Positions 38,632 through 48,346 of a stretch of 64,000 bases of DNA are shown one piece after another. A program made the position numbers and the translations under genes. Under the pieces are notes generated by a model, which was given only the letters and a program-made list of their open reading frames with translations, was not told where the DNA came from and searched no databases. This stretch comes from Verrucomicrobiota bacterium (GTDB taxonomy: Bacteria; Verrucomicrobiota; Verrucomicrobiia; Limisphaerales; JBEHZA01): positions 3,312 to 67,311 of the forward strand of contig JBEHZA010000001.1 in the NCBI GenBank assembly GCA_048497895.1, written 5' to 3'. Positions within the stretch are counted from its first letter, which is position 1. Each line of letters begins with the position of its first letter.

Positions 38632-41600
38632 CGGAGATAAATAAATTCTTTCAGATTAAACAATGACTGCGCGAAATCCTGCCACACCGGTTCGCTCGTC
38701 CCCATTTGCGCCACGGCCACCTGATGCGCCGCCGCCAGATCATCCAGATACTGCGCCGCGCCTGCCAGTTCCGTGTCCCCCGGCAAACGCCCAAAGGCCT
38801 GCTCAAACATCACCCGCACCCGCTCATCACGGGACTGCCCCGGTTGCGTCCGTAACAGTTCGTGCGCCCATTGCCGCGCCATCTCAATCACCATCGGGTC
38901 ATTCAAAAACGCCAGCGATTGCGCCGGCACATTCGTCACGTCCCGCCGCCCCTGCGTCGTGAACGGCTTCGGCGCATCAAATACCGCGAGAAACGGACTC
39001 AGGCTATTCCGCCGGATCGTCAGATAAACACTGCGCCGCCGCTGATTATCGCCACCCGCCAGCGCATTCTCTCCCACGCCGTACATGCGCGTGTCCAATC
39101 GCGACGACACCGCCAACAGTGAATCCCGCACCGCCTCCGCTTCCAACCGTTGAATGCGCGCATGGGACAACAATTCATTTGCCGGGTCTTTCGCCCGCGC
39201 TTCCGCCGATGGCTCGCTGCTCAATTGATACGTCCGCGACAACAGTAAGAAACGCAGCATCCGTTTCGTGGACCAGCCGTCCGCCACAAATTTCGCCGCC
39301 AGATAATCCAGCAATTCCGGATGCGTCGGTTTTTCTCCCAACCGCCCAAAATTATCTACCGACGGCACAATCCCGCGCCCGAATAAATGCTGCCACAGCC
39401 GGTTCACCGCCACGCGCGCCGTCAACGGATTCGTCGGACTCGCAATATCGTTCGCCAGTTCCAATCGTCCGCTCAACTGCGTCTCATACGGTTTGCTGTC
39501 GAACGCCTCCAGAAAACGCCGCGGCACCGGTTCTGTCGGCTTCGTGAAATCTCCCCGCGTAAACAGCGGCTGATTGATCGCTACCGCCTCAATCACTCCC
39601 GGCGCACGCCGTGGCACCGCCAGTTCCGCTTCCAATTGGCGGTATTGCCTCACCAGTGGAGCCACCATCGGCAGTTGCGCCAACGAACGCGGCATTAAAT
39701 CCCGCTGTACAAAAGCGTCGAGCAACGCGCGCTGAACTTCCGTCAGTTCACCCCGTTGCCAGGCTTGAATAGCTTGCGTTAATCCCTCCTCATATCGCCG
39801 CCCCAATTCCTGCGCTGAAGCCGGTGAGGTTTGTTGCCAGAGCCACGCATTCGCATCCACCGTCTCTCTCGGCGGCTCTTTGCCATCGTGAAATGTTATC
39901 GCCTGCACCCCAAACCACGAACGCCCTTCCCCTTCGGTCCCTGGACCATTCTTTGCCGGCGCATATCGTCGTGCCAAATCATCCGCCGTACCAATTTCCA
40001 GATACGCATACGAACCTTTTCGATACGCCGTATCCATTCGCACCCAACCCATCGTGTCACGCTTCAGTTCCGCCCGTGGAAAAATATTGTTCAATCCCAG
40101 CGGATAATTATCCACGATCAACCGCACCATCGCCCCCTGCCCGCCCAATGCCCGCACACTGATCCAATCGCTCGTCACCTTGAATCGCGGTGAAGTGAAT
40201 AATCCATTGTCTTTCTGCGAGAGCAAATGCGTGTACACTCCCGCCGGCAATAATTCCCGCACCACCAGATCGCCAGCGGGTTCAATGCTAAAGGCTCCGG
40301 ACCTGCTGACTGACTCACTTAATCCATCCCCATAACGAAACCACTTCGCCGCGCCATCCCCCGTCAAATCCCACGCGTTCGTAAAATTCGCACGATTGAA
40401 CTGCACCCGGCCTTCCGTCTCGCCCATACCCTCTTTGCGAAGTTGTTGCCAGCCGTCCGTGAACGCCGAACCAACGCGTCCCCGCAGGATCGCCCACGCA
40501 TGCAACGGATGCGCCGGGTCTTTATCCGCCTCGGCCAATACCTTGAGCCAACCGCCATTTTTCCGTTCCAGTTCCGTTAATTGTTTACGCGCCTGTTCCA
40601 ATTCACTCACCAGCTTCGTGCGTTCCTCGTTGGAAACCGGTGTAGTCGCCTTGGCTAAATCTTCACTCTTCAAATGCACCGGCCCCGCTTTGAACGAAGC
40701 CGCCAGTTCCTCCGCCGTCAACGCCCGCGCGTAAAGCCTTACCTCTTCAATCTCCCCTTTCAGGAATGACTTCGCTCCGCCCAAATGCCGCTTCCCAAAC
40801 AGCAGATGCCCATCACGCGCCCCAAACTCATGCAAAGCGGCCTCGTCACTTTCCGGAATATAACTGCTCCCATACAGCACTCCGTTACGGTAACCAGTGA
40901 TGCGGTTTTCCTTATCGTAAACGATCGCCACGTGAACCAGTTCATTCGTCCCCGCCGTTTCCGTCACCCCGTTAAAATCCCGCGTGCGCCGGTGATTATT
41001 ACTCCCTGCCAGCCATTTGCCCGCCTGCCGTTCCGCATACACAATCGAATCAAAAATACTGCCGTTCCCCGATTCCACGGTCACCACGCCGCCACCGCCC
41101 TGACTCAACGTAGCCAGCGAAACCCACGCCTCCAGCGTCTTCTCCCGCAACGGCTCCTTGAGCGCTTCCGTCCGCACATACGCATCTTCTCCATTCAAAA
41201 CCAAACGCCCGTTGCGAATCACCGCGCCGCCTTCCAACGTGCCGTGCAGTGGACCCACCAGATCCCGCGCATCCCCTTCAAACGTCCACCAACTCGTCGG
41301 CGTGGGAAATTGCAGTTTATAACCGCCGTTCGCACCACCCATGGCTGCCAGTCGCGCCTGCAAATCCATCGCCGCCACCGCGTGCTCCAGCGACTGCACC
41401 CGCTGTTGCAACTCCTGATACTGCACGCCCATCGTGGTCGCCGTGTTTAATCGCTCCGGTAATTCCTGCGCCGCCGTCTGCCACGCACTGATCAATCCGC
41501 TCCGGATTTTTTCTTTCAACGCCGCCAGTTCCGCCCGATGCCGATTCAGCACTTCCGGCGCATCAATTGTCACCAGCGCCGGACGCGCGCTCTCGAAAAT

Positions 41601-42725
41601 GCCGTATAACGCGTAAAAATCCTTCTGGCTGATCGCGTCGAATTTATGGTCATGACAACGCGCGCAGGAAACCGTCAGCCCCAGAAACGCCTTCGACACC
41701 ACGTCGATCTGGTTGTCCACGTTACGCACCTGTTCATCCAGCGTATCCACCGGCTGAAACCCATGCTCCACCATCCGCAATTGCCCGATGCCCAGCACGG
41801 ATTCATTAATCCCCTCCTCGCGATTCCACCGCGGCTTCGGCAATAAATCACCAGCCAGATTTTCACGAATGAGTTGATCCACCGGCACATCATTATTCAA
41901 GGCGCGAATCAGATAATCACGATACCGCCATGCCTCCGGAATTTCCGTGTCCCCTTCACTCCCGTGCGTCTCCGCAAACCGCACCAGGTCCATCCAATGC
42001 CGCGCCCACCGCTCACCAAATCGCGGCGACGCCAGCAGCCGGTCCACCAGCTTCGCGTAAGCCTCTGCTGAATTGTCCGCCAGAAAATCCGCAATCTCCG
42101 CTGTAGTAGGCGGCAACCCCGTCAGCGCAAACGTCACCCGCCGGATCAACACCCGTTTGTCTGCCGCCGCCGCCGGCTGCAAACCCGCCGCTTCCATTTT
42201 CGCGAGAATAAATCGATCCACCGGATGATCCGACCACGCCACATCTTTCACTGCCGGTACTTCCACTTTATGTACCGGTTGGAAACTCCACCACAGTTTG
42301 CGCGCCGCCAACGTCTGCGCCCACGGCACTGGTGCTGCCGCCACCGCTTCCGTCGGTGCTTCGTCCCGCGGATCAGGCGCTCCCATTTTCACCCACACGA
42401 TGAAATCCTGAATAATCGCCTCATCCAGCTTCGGCGCCTTCTTCGGCATCTTCAATTCCTCTGTCTGATGCGTAATCGACGTAATCAACAGGCTCTTCGC
42501 TACGTCACCCGGCACAATCGATGGCCCCGTATCACCGCCCTTCAACAATCCGTCCCGGAAATCCACCCGCAACCCACCCTTCTGCTTCTTCACGCTGTGA
42601 CACTCGTAACACTCCGCCACCAGCACCGGCCGGATTTTCTTCTCAAAAAACTCCGTCTGTTCCGTCGTCAATTTCGCCCCCGCCCCACTCACCGGCAAAA
42701 CGAAACCCACCATCATCAAAATCAT
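38628..42725 (-). CDS. Giant PSCyt1 / PSCyt2 (DUF1549) / LamG-like / PSD (DUF1553) protein
   Basis: CYECHS (CxxCH, PSCyt1), [10 protein letters not shown] (DUF1549), a concanavalin/LamG-like middle region ([25 protein letters not shown]...EAWVSL) and DUF1553-like C-terminal blocks. I prefer the start at 42725 ([17 protein letters not shown] signal). The ORF remains open up to 42899. Confidence 0.8.
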   Translation of the reverse strand: MILMMVGFVLPVSGAGAKLTTEQTEFFEKKIRPVLVAECYECHSVKKQKGGLRVDFRDGLLKGGDTGPSIVPGDVAKSLLITSITHQTEELKMPKKAPKLDEAIIQDFIVWVKMGAPDPRDEAPTEAVAAAPVPWAQTLAARKLWWSFQPVHKVEVPAVKDVAWSDHPVDRFILAKMEAAGLQPAAAADKRVLIRRVTFALTGLPPTTAEIADFLADNSAEAYAKLVDRLLASPRFGERWARHWMDLVRFAETHGSEGDTEIPEAWRYRDYLIRALNNDVPVDQLIRENLAGDLLPKPRWNREEGINESVLGIGQLRMVEHGFQPVDTLDEQVRNVDNQIDVVSKAFLGLTVSCARCHDHKFDAISQKDFYALYGIFESARPALVTIDAPEVLNRHRAELAALKEKIRSGLISAWQTAAQELPERLNTATTMGVQYQELQQRVQSLEHAVAAMDLQARLAAMGGANGGYKLQFPTPTSWWTFEGDARDLVGPLHGTLEGGAVIRNGRLVLNGEDAYVRTEALKEPLREKTLEAWVSLATLSQGGGGVVTVESGNGSIFDSIVYAERQAGKWLAGSNNHRRTRDFNGVTETAGTNELVHVAIVYDKENRITGYRNGVLYGSSYIPESDEAALHEFGARDGHLLFGKRHLGGAKSFLKGEIEEVRLYARALTAEELAASFKAGPVHLKSEDLAKATTPVSNEERTKLVSELEQARKQLTELERKNGGWLKVLAEADKDPAHPLHAWAILRGRVGSAFTDGWQQLRKEGMGETEGRVQFNRANFTNAWDLTGDGAAKWFRYGDGLSESVSRSGAFSIEPAGDLVVRELLPAGVYTHLLSQKDNGLFTSPRFKVTSDWISVRALGGQGAMVRLIVDNYPLGLNNIFPRAELKRDTMGWVRMDTAYRKGSYAYLEIGTADDLARRYAPAKNGPGTEGEGRSWFGVQAITFHDGKEPPRETVDANAWLWQQTSPASAQELGRRYEEGLTQAIQAWQRGELTEVQRALLDAFVQRDLMPRSLAQLPMVAPLVRQYRQLEAELAVPRRAPGVIEAVAINQPLFTRGDFTKPTEPVPRRFLEAFDSKPYETQLSGRLELANDIASPTNPLTARVAVNRLWQHLFGRGIVPSVDNFGRLGEKPTHPELLDYLAAKFVADGWSTKRMLRFLLLSRTYQLSSEPSAEARAKDPANELLSHARIQRLEAEAVRDSLLAVSSRLDTRMYGVGENALAGGDNQRRRSVYLTIRRNSLSPFLAVFDAPKPFTTQGRRDVTNVPAQSLAFLNDPMVIEMARQWAHELLRTQPGQSRDERVRVMFEQAFGRLPGDTELAGAAQYLDDLAAAHQVAVAQMGTSEPVWQDFAQSLFNLKEFIYLR

Positions 42726-42746
42726 CCACGCCAGATAAGTCACCGC

Positions 42747-42781
42747 CCCCGGACAGCGACCGTCCCCGGTCGCAGCAACGT
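42747..42781 (-). repeat. 35-nt hairpin repeat, copy 1 (REP-like)
   Basis: ccccggacagcgaccgtccccggtcgcagcaacgt is identical to 45146..45180. On the minus strand it folds as gcgaccg-GGGA-cggtcgc. It ends about 20 nt 5' of the ATG at 42725. Confidence 0.85.
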
Positions 42782-42895
42782 CCTCACTGCCATTCGTCCC
42801 AAATCTTACTCTCGCATCATCACGACGGCTCCCAACCCGCTTCTTTACAAAAGCAAAATTCACAAACCTCTTTATGTGTGTTGACCCAAACATAT

Positions 42896-44248
42896 TCATT
42901 CCATCGCCTGCATCACCTTCCAGCCGCGCCCTCTCAATGTATCCACCAGCACCGCTCCCAAAATCACCAGCCCCAGCACCACCTTTTGCGTATAGCTTTC
43001 GACGTTCGTCAGATTCATTCCATTCTGAATAACTGCAATCGTAAACGCCCCGATCAACGTCCCAAAGATGCGCCCCTTTCCCCCATTCAAACTCGCTCCG
43101 CCCACCACCACCGCCGCTATCACATACAATTCATACATCTGCCCAAACGTCGGCGACCCGCTCTTAAGTTGCGACGCCAGCACCACTCCCCCGAGTCCCG
43201 CAAACAAACCGCTTAAAATGTAACTCACCAACAACACCCGCCGCACCGGAACGCCCGAATACCGAGCCGCGACCCGGTTACCGCCCACCGCGTACAAGTA
43301 TCTCCCCAGCACCGTCCGCGACATCACCACGTGCGCCAGCCCATACAGTGCCAGCATCAGCAACACCGCATTCGGAATCCCCAAATTCACTCCGCGTCCC
43401 AGCCATACAAATGAATCCGGCACCTGATAAACCGATTGCCCGTGCGTCAGCAAATATGCCAGTCCGCTCGCCACCAGCATCATCGCCAGCGTTACGATAA
43501 ACGGCGGCACTTGAAACAGCGTCACCATGCCTCCGGAAAAAGCCCCCACCGCTCCACAAATCAAAATCGCCGCTCCACACGCCAGCGCCATGCCCCACAC
43601 ACCCGCCTGCTGCGCTCCCGCAAAATTGCGAATAAACAACGCCGTCAACACCGCCGAGAGTGCAATCAAACTGCCTACTGATAAATCAATCCCGCCCGTA
43701 ATAATCACCATCGTCATTCCAATCGCCACAATCGCAATCACCGCAATTTGATTCGCAATATTCAGCAAATTGTCCCGCTTCAAAAAGTTCGGCCATTTGT
43801 AAGCCTGTGGCGTCAACACCCGTGGCGCGCCCAGCGCTGGGAAATCCGTTTTCAAATCCGCAAACACCAGCCATGAAGCCGCTGTCTGATTGCACGCAAT
43901 CGCCTCCAGCTTTCCTTTCGCCGCCATTGCCTCCAACGCCCCGCGCGCATCCTTCGGTTCTCCCTTCACCACCGCCACTACCTCAATTTGCGCCGCCTTC
44001 AATTCCGCCGCCACCGCGTCTGCAAACGCGGCGTCCTCCGCTTGCCCCGACACCGCCACCAACACCCTTGCCCCTTTGCCAAATTGCCCCGTGATATTTC
44101 GCGCCAGTTGTTTCGCCGCCTCCACTCCCACCGGATATTGCTCTGTATAAGTAATCGCGCTGAAAAACGCGCACATCGCCAGCAGCACCAGCAACATTCC
44201 ATAATCCGTCACCCACTGAGACGCGGAATGTTTGGCGGACTGGCTCAT
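42896..44248 (-). CDS. Sugar (ribose/AraH-type) ABC transporter permease with a roughly 130-aa N-terminal extension
   Basis: GGIDLSVGS and further RbsC-like TM blocks. One N-terminal TM segment is followed by an Ala-rich soluble segment before the permease core. Confidence 0.8.
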   Translation of the reverse strand: MSQSAKHSASQWVTDYGMLLVLLAMCAFFSAITYTEQYPVGVEAAKQLARNITGQFGKGARVLVAVSGQAEDAAFADAVAAELKAAQIEVVAVVKGEPKDARGALEAMAAKGKLEAIACNQTAASWLVFADLKTDFPALGAPRVLTPQAYKWPNFLKRDNLLNIANQIAVIAIVAIGMTMVIITGGIDLSVGSLIALSAVLTALFIRNFAGAQQAGVWGMALACGAAILICGAVGAFSGGMVTLFQVPPFIVTLAMMLVASGLAYLLTHGQSVYQVPDSFVWLGRGVNLGIPNAVLLMLALYGLAHVVMSRTVLGRYLYAVGGNRVAARYSGVPVRRVLLVSYILSGLFAGLGGVVLASQLKSGSPTFGQMYELYVIAAVVVGGASLNGGKGRIFGTLIGAFTIAVIQNGMNLTNVESYTQKVVLGLVILGAVLVDTLRGRGWKVMQAME

Positions 44249-44264
44249 GGGTAAAATATTCGAG

Positions 44265-45113
44265 TCAAAGCTTCAACGCCTGCTCCACCGCCCGCCGCAA
44301 GATTACCGGCTCCGGATCAACTCCCGTCCAATATTGGATGCAAATCACCCCTTGGTTCACAATCATCCCCAGCCCATCCAACACCTTGCATCCGCGCGCC
44401 TCCGCCTCGCGAATCAATCTTGTTCGCGGCGGACTGAACACCACATCCGCCACAATCATGCCTGCTTTGAGTGAACTCACGTCCAGCGCCAGCCGCGCCT
44501 CGCCATCATACAATCCAATCGATGTCCCATTGATCACCACATCCGTTCCCGCTGGAATAATGTAATCTCCCTCCCACCGCACCAGTTCCGCATTTAACTT
44601 CAGTTTATCCCGCAACAAACGAACCAACTCCTCTCCGCGCGCCGTCGAGCGATTCACCACCGTAATCTTCTTCACGCCCGCCAATGCCAGTTCCACCGCA
44701 ATCGCCCGCGCCGCGCCGCCCGCCCCAAAAATCACCACGCTCTTTCCCTTCGGCTCAATTAATTCCTCCAGCGATTTTAAAAAACCTTTTCCATCCGTAT
44801 TTTCGCCAATCAATTTGCCCTCGCGCCGCACCACACAATTCACCGCTCCCATCACCGCCGCCGATTCTCCCAACCCATCGAGATGCTGAATCACCGTCAC
44901 CTTGTGCGGCAGGCTGCAATTGAACCCGCGAAACCCCATCGCCTTGGCCCCGCGCACCGCCACGCCCAAATCTGCTGGCGTCACTTCCATGTTCACATAC
45001 CGCCAGTGCAAATCGTGATGCGCAAACGCCGCCTCAATCATCGCCACCGTCGGATTCCCCGCCGCCCCCTGCGACATCGACCCCACCAGTTCATGCAAAA
45101 AATTCGCTTCCAT
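44265..45113 (-). CDS. aroE: Shikimate (or quinate/shikimate) dehydrogenase
   Basis: FNCSLPHK, NTDGKGF and VIFGAGGAARA blocks. The ATG at 45113 is preferred because the longer ORF N-terminus translates the repeat element. Confidence 0.7.
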   Translation of the reverse strand: MEANFLHELVGSMSQGAAGNPTVAMIEAAFAHHDLHWRYVNMEVTPADLGVAVRGAKAMGFRGFNCSLPHKVTVIQHLDGLGESAAVMGAVNCVVRREGKLIGENTDGKGFLKSLEELIEPKGKSVVIFGAGGAARAIAVELALAGVKKITVVNRSTARGEELVRLLRDKLKLNAELVRWEGDYIIPAGTDVVINGTSIGLYDGEARLALDVSSLKAGMIVADVVFSPPRTRLIREAEARGCKVLDGLGMIVNQGVICIQYWTGVDPEPVILRRAVEQALKL

Positions 45114-45145
45114 GATTATTAAACATTTAAAAATGCGCCCACACG

Positions 45146-45180
45146 CCCCGGACAGCGACCGTCCCCGGTCGCAGCAACGT
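45146..45180 (-). repeat. 35-nt hairpin repeat, copy 2 (REP-like)
   Basis: Identical to 42747..42781 in the same orientation. It ends about 33 nt 5' of the aroE-like ATG. Confidence 0.85.
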
Positions 45181-45385
45181 AAATCCTTCAAGAGGTGTTA
45201 TTACCTCCCGAAACCTTTCGTCCGCGCCAGCGTCCCCCCTGTAGCGGCAGTGCATCCTTGCCTGCCGGCAACCGCAGCATCCCTGCTGCGAATCTCCACC
45301 TGAAAACGCCATGCACTCAAAAGTTCTATCAATCACCCGCGTTCCGCTCAGTTTTGAAATCACCCTCATCTCAAGTTCCTTCAAA

Positions 45386-46369
45386 TCACTTTAGCGTCGC
45401 ATCCTTCTCCCCATCCGCCTTGCGATACAGACTCGTCGGAATCAGCAATTCCTTCGGCACCTCCTGCCCTTTGAAATGTTTGATAATCGACTGCACAATC
45501 TCTACCCCCATGCGATCCGGAAACTGAATCGGGTCCGCGTAAATCTTGCCTTCCTTGATCGCCTGTTTGCCCTCCGGCTGCCCGTCAAATCCCACGATGA
45601 TCACCTGTTGCGTCTTCCCCGCCTTTTCAATCGCCGCCCGCGCTCCCAACGCCGAGGGATCATTGATCGCGAACACTCCGCGCAAATCTCCATGCGCCTG
45701 CAACGCATCTTCCGCCGCCTTATACCCCACGTCCTTCGCCCCGCCCCCATCCAGTTCCGTTACCAAATCAATCTTCCCCGTCGCCTTCGTATTGTAATCG
45801 TCAATCACCTCCCGAAAGCCCTTCACGCGCAACCGACACGACTCCGCCTGTTTGAAATGTAAAATCGCCACCTTGCCGCCCGCTGTGCCCAGCGCTTCAA
45901 TCATCGCCCGTGCCGCTTCCTTGCCCCCGCCGTAATTATCCGTCGCAATTTGCGTCAACAATTTCACCCCCGGCTCATTGCACGGAATATCCACCGTCAA
46001 CACCGGAATCCCCGCCGCGTTCGCCTCCTGAATCACCGGCACAATTGACCGCGATTCCGCCGGACTCAGCACAATCGCCGCCACTTTCTTCACAATAAAA
46101 TCCTTCACCTGATTCGATTGCCGCGCCACGTCGTTATCCGCACTCAACACAATCGTTTCGTAACCATTCTTCTTCGCCTCTGCCGCAATCGTGTCACCAA
46201 TGACCTTGAAGAACGGGTTCTGCAACGCCAGCAGCGTCACCCCAATCGTCCCTTTGCTCACCGGCGCCGGTGCTGGCGTGGCATCAGCCTTCGGTGCCTC
46301 CACTTGTTTGCCGCAACCCGCAATCAAACAGACGGCCATCAACGCCAGGGAGAAGAATTTCGCTTTCAT
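45386..46369 (-). CDS. Sugar ABC transporter substrate-binding lipoprotein (RbsB / periplasmic-binding-protein type I)
   Basis: Lipobox LIAGCG and PBP type I blocks (IGVTLLALQNPFF, VAAIVLSP, GIPVLTVD, IIVGFDG). Confidence 0.85.
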   Translation of the reverse strand: MKAKFFSLALMAVCLIAGCGKQVEAPKADATPAPAPVSKGTIGVTLLALQNPFFKVIGDTIAAEAKKNGYETIVLSADNDVARQSNQVKDFIVKKVAAIVLSPAESRSIVPVIQEANAAGIPVLTVDIPCNEPGVKLLTQIATDNYGGGKEAARAMIEALGTAGGKVAILHFKQAESCRLRVKGFREVIDDYNTKATGKIDLVTELDGGGAKDVGYKAAEDALQAHGDLRGVFAINDPSALGARAAIEKAGKTQQVIIVGFDGQPEGKQAIKEGKIYADPIQFPDRMGVEIVQSIIKHFKGQEVPKELLIPTSLYRKADGEKDATLK

Positions 46370-46390
46370 AATCTTAGTGTTTTTTCAGGT

Positions 46391-47212
46391 TTACTCCGCA
46401 AACCGTTGCGCCGCCTCATTCGCTGCCTCAATCATAATGCGCCCAAACTCCGCGAATCGCCCCCGCGGAATGCGCTCCTTCGGCCCCGCAATGGTAATCG
46501 CCGCAATCGCCCGCCCGTGGTGATTCAACATCGGCGCCGCCACACAATGAATCCCGTCGAAATGCTCGCCCCGATCCACCGCATAACCGCTCGCGCGAAT
46601 TTCCTCCAGTTCCGCCAGCAATTCTTTTCGCGTCGTCAGCGAATGTTGCGTAAACCGCTCCAGCTTGATGCTCCCCAGCAACGCCTCCAGTTCCTCCGGC
46701 GGCAGAAACGCCAGAATCGCCTTGCCCGGAGCCGCGCAATGAATCGGCGCGCGCGAACCGGGATCGACAATATATTTAAACGGATGAATCGACGGTAGTT
46801 GATCAATAATCACGCATTGATTCTCCGCCAGACAGCAAAGTTGCGTCGTTTCTCCCGTCGCCGTCAGCACCTTGCGCATCGCCTCCACACTGCATTCCAC
46901 CAGACTGCGGGAATGCGATTGCGGCTGTCCCAGCAGCAATAATTTGCGCGTCACAAAAAAACGCTTGTTCTTCTCCTCCCGTCGCAAATATCCCAGCTCT
47001 TCCAACGCATTCGTAATGCGATGCGCCGAAGCCGGCGATACCGCCAAAGCCGCCGTCAGTTCGGAAAGCGTGGCCCCGCCCGGAATCTGCGCCAGATGCT
47101 CCAGCAAGGCCAAACCACGCTCCAAAGCCGGCACTCCGTAGCCGGAATCCGCGCCGTTTTTCACACCGTTACGCGGCTGAACAGAATCCGCCGTGGGCAG
47201 CGACATTTTCAT
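46391..47212 (-). CDS. IclR-family transcriptional regulator
   Basis: N-terminal wHTH (ALERGLALLEHLA...GGATLSELTAAL) and an IclR effector domain (...AAPMLNHHGRAIAAITIAGP). ATGs at 47212 and 47206 are preferred over the TTG at 47260. Confidence 0.85.
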   Translation of the reverse strand: MKMSLPTADSVQPRNGVKNGADSGYGVPALERGLALLEHLAQIPGGATLSELTAALAVSPASAHRITNALEELGYLRREEKNKRFFVTRKLLLLGQPQSHSRSLVECSVEAMRKVLTATGETTQLCCLAENQCVIIDQLPSIHPFKYIVDPGSRAPIHCAAPGKAILAFLPPEELEALLGSIKLERFTQHSLTTRKELLAELEEIRASGYAVDRGEHFDGIHCVAAPMLNHHGRAIAAITIAGPKERIPRGRFAEFGRIMIEAANEAAQRFAE

Positions 47213-47310
47213 AAGTGGAATGATTTCCGATAATGAAAACTCCCTCTCCAATAAATGCAAGCCCGGAATTTCTGTCCGCTCCAGTTTTTCCCGCTAAGCT
47301 TTTGCGCTGG

Positions 47311-48066
47311 TTAATTTCCCCCCGGAAACATGCTGCTCCGCGGCGGTTTAGGGTCTTCGTTCTGCATGACCTGCACCACCCCATGATGCGTCGCCAGTAG
47401 AAATCCCCCGCCCGCCAGCAGGCAACCCGCTGCCACCACAAACAGGCAAGCCGGTCCGAACCGCATATCTGCCACCGCTCCCAGCCAGCCGCCCGTTCCA
47501 AAGCCCAGAAACACCAGCACCAAAAAGCGTAGCTTCCACCCTTCAATCTCACGATGCCGAAGCCAATGCCCCAACATCACCCCGATATCCGTCACCATCC
47601 CCGTTACATGCGTCGTCCGGATCATCAGTCCGCAATAACTGCTGGTCATCGCATTTTGCAGGCCGCAAGCCATGGAGATCACCGGCAATGCGTACCGATG
47701 TTTCCCAATCAGCAAAGCCGTCGCCAGCGCCACCAGCAGCCCCTCCAGCATCAGCGCCGCCCCATAGCGCCGGCTGGGAATGAGTTTCAACGCGCCCACC
47801 AATAAACCCGCCAGTGTCGCGCCCGCGAGGAACCCAAGAATAATGCTCGCTGATGTAAAAACATTCTCCCCCTTCGCTTCCGCCACATCCATGCCCAAAT
47901 GCGAAACCGCCCCCGTCATATGACTGACCGGCGTGCGGAAAAAGCCCAGTGAAACCGTATTGATGAACCCTGCCGTCGCCGATAGCAACACCGCCCCCGG
48001 CAGCAGGTGGCGCACGTTGCGAAACGCCTGCTGCCGATCAAAGCCTTGTGGATGCGAGTAAGGCAT
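47311..48066 (-). CDS. YoaK/DUF1275-family membrane protein
   Basis: Polytopic, with SHMTG, CGLQNAMTS and HVTGMVTDIG blocks recalled from DUF1275. Confidence 0.6.
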   Translation of the reverse strand: MPYSHPQGFDRQQAFRNVRHLLPGAVLLSATAGFINTVSLGFFRTPVSHMTGAVSHLGMDVAEAKGENVFTSASIILGFLAGATLAGLLVGALKLIPSRRYGAALMLEGLLVALATALLIGKHRYALPVISMACGLQNAMTSSYCGLMIRTTHVTGMVTDIGVMLGHWLRHREIEGWKLRFLVLVFLGFGTGGWLGAVADMRFGPACLFVVAAGCLLAGGGFLLATHHGVVQVMQNEDPKPPRSSMFPGGN

Positions 48067-48346
48067 AACTTTCCAACCACTGCGGATGTCACGCGAACTT
48101 CCACAGCTCGTCCGATTCTAACCGGGAAACGCTCGTGAAAGTAAGCTGGCCAGTTCACGCCAGGGTTTTCGGGCGAACGGCTGACACCGACGACTGCTAA
48201 AACTATGGGCCTAAGATCCGTTGCTGGCAAGGGCACGGATTTTACCTTTTTTGGCATTTCCCCATCTCTCTACTTCCTCTTCGCCTTTCCCGCCAAATTT
48301 ACACTAGGCAGTCGCGCGCAGGTTCGTTAGCGTTTTGCTTACCATC

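Noticed and set aside
42726-42899. A 58-codon N-terminal extension of the giant PSCyt/PSD ORF, with an apparent ATGA overlap to the permease stop codon
   Set aside because: The extension translates the 35-nt dispersed hairpin repeat (..ATGDGRCPG..) and precedes a much better signal-peptide start ([17 protein letters not shown] at 42725). I keep it only as an alternative start.
38663-45303. Many long plus-strand ORFs (up to 231 aa) rich in Pro, Arg, His, Ser and Thr, lying opposite the minus-strand genes
   Set aside because: They are low-complexity mirror-frame products of the strongly C-rich plus strand. They carry no recognisable motifs and lie fully inside well-supported minus-strand genes (DUF1501, PSCyt/PSD, permease, aroE-like, SBP).
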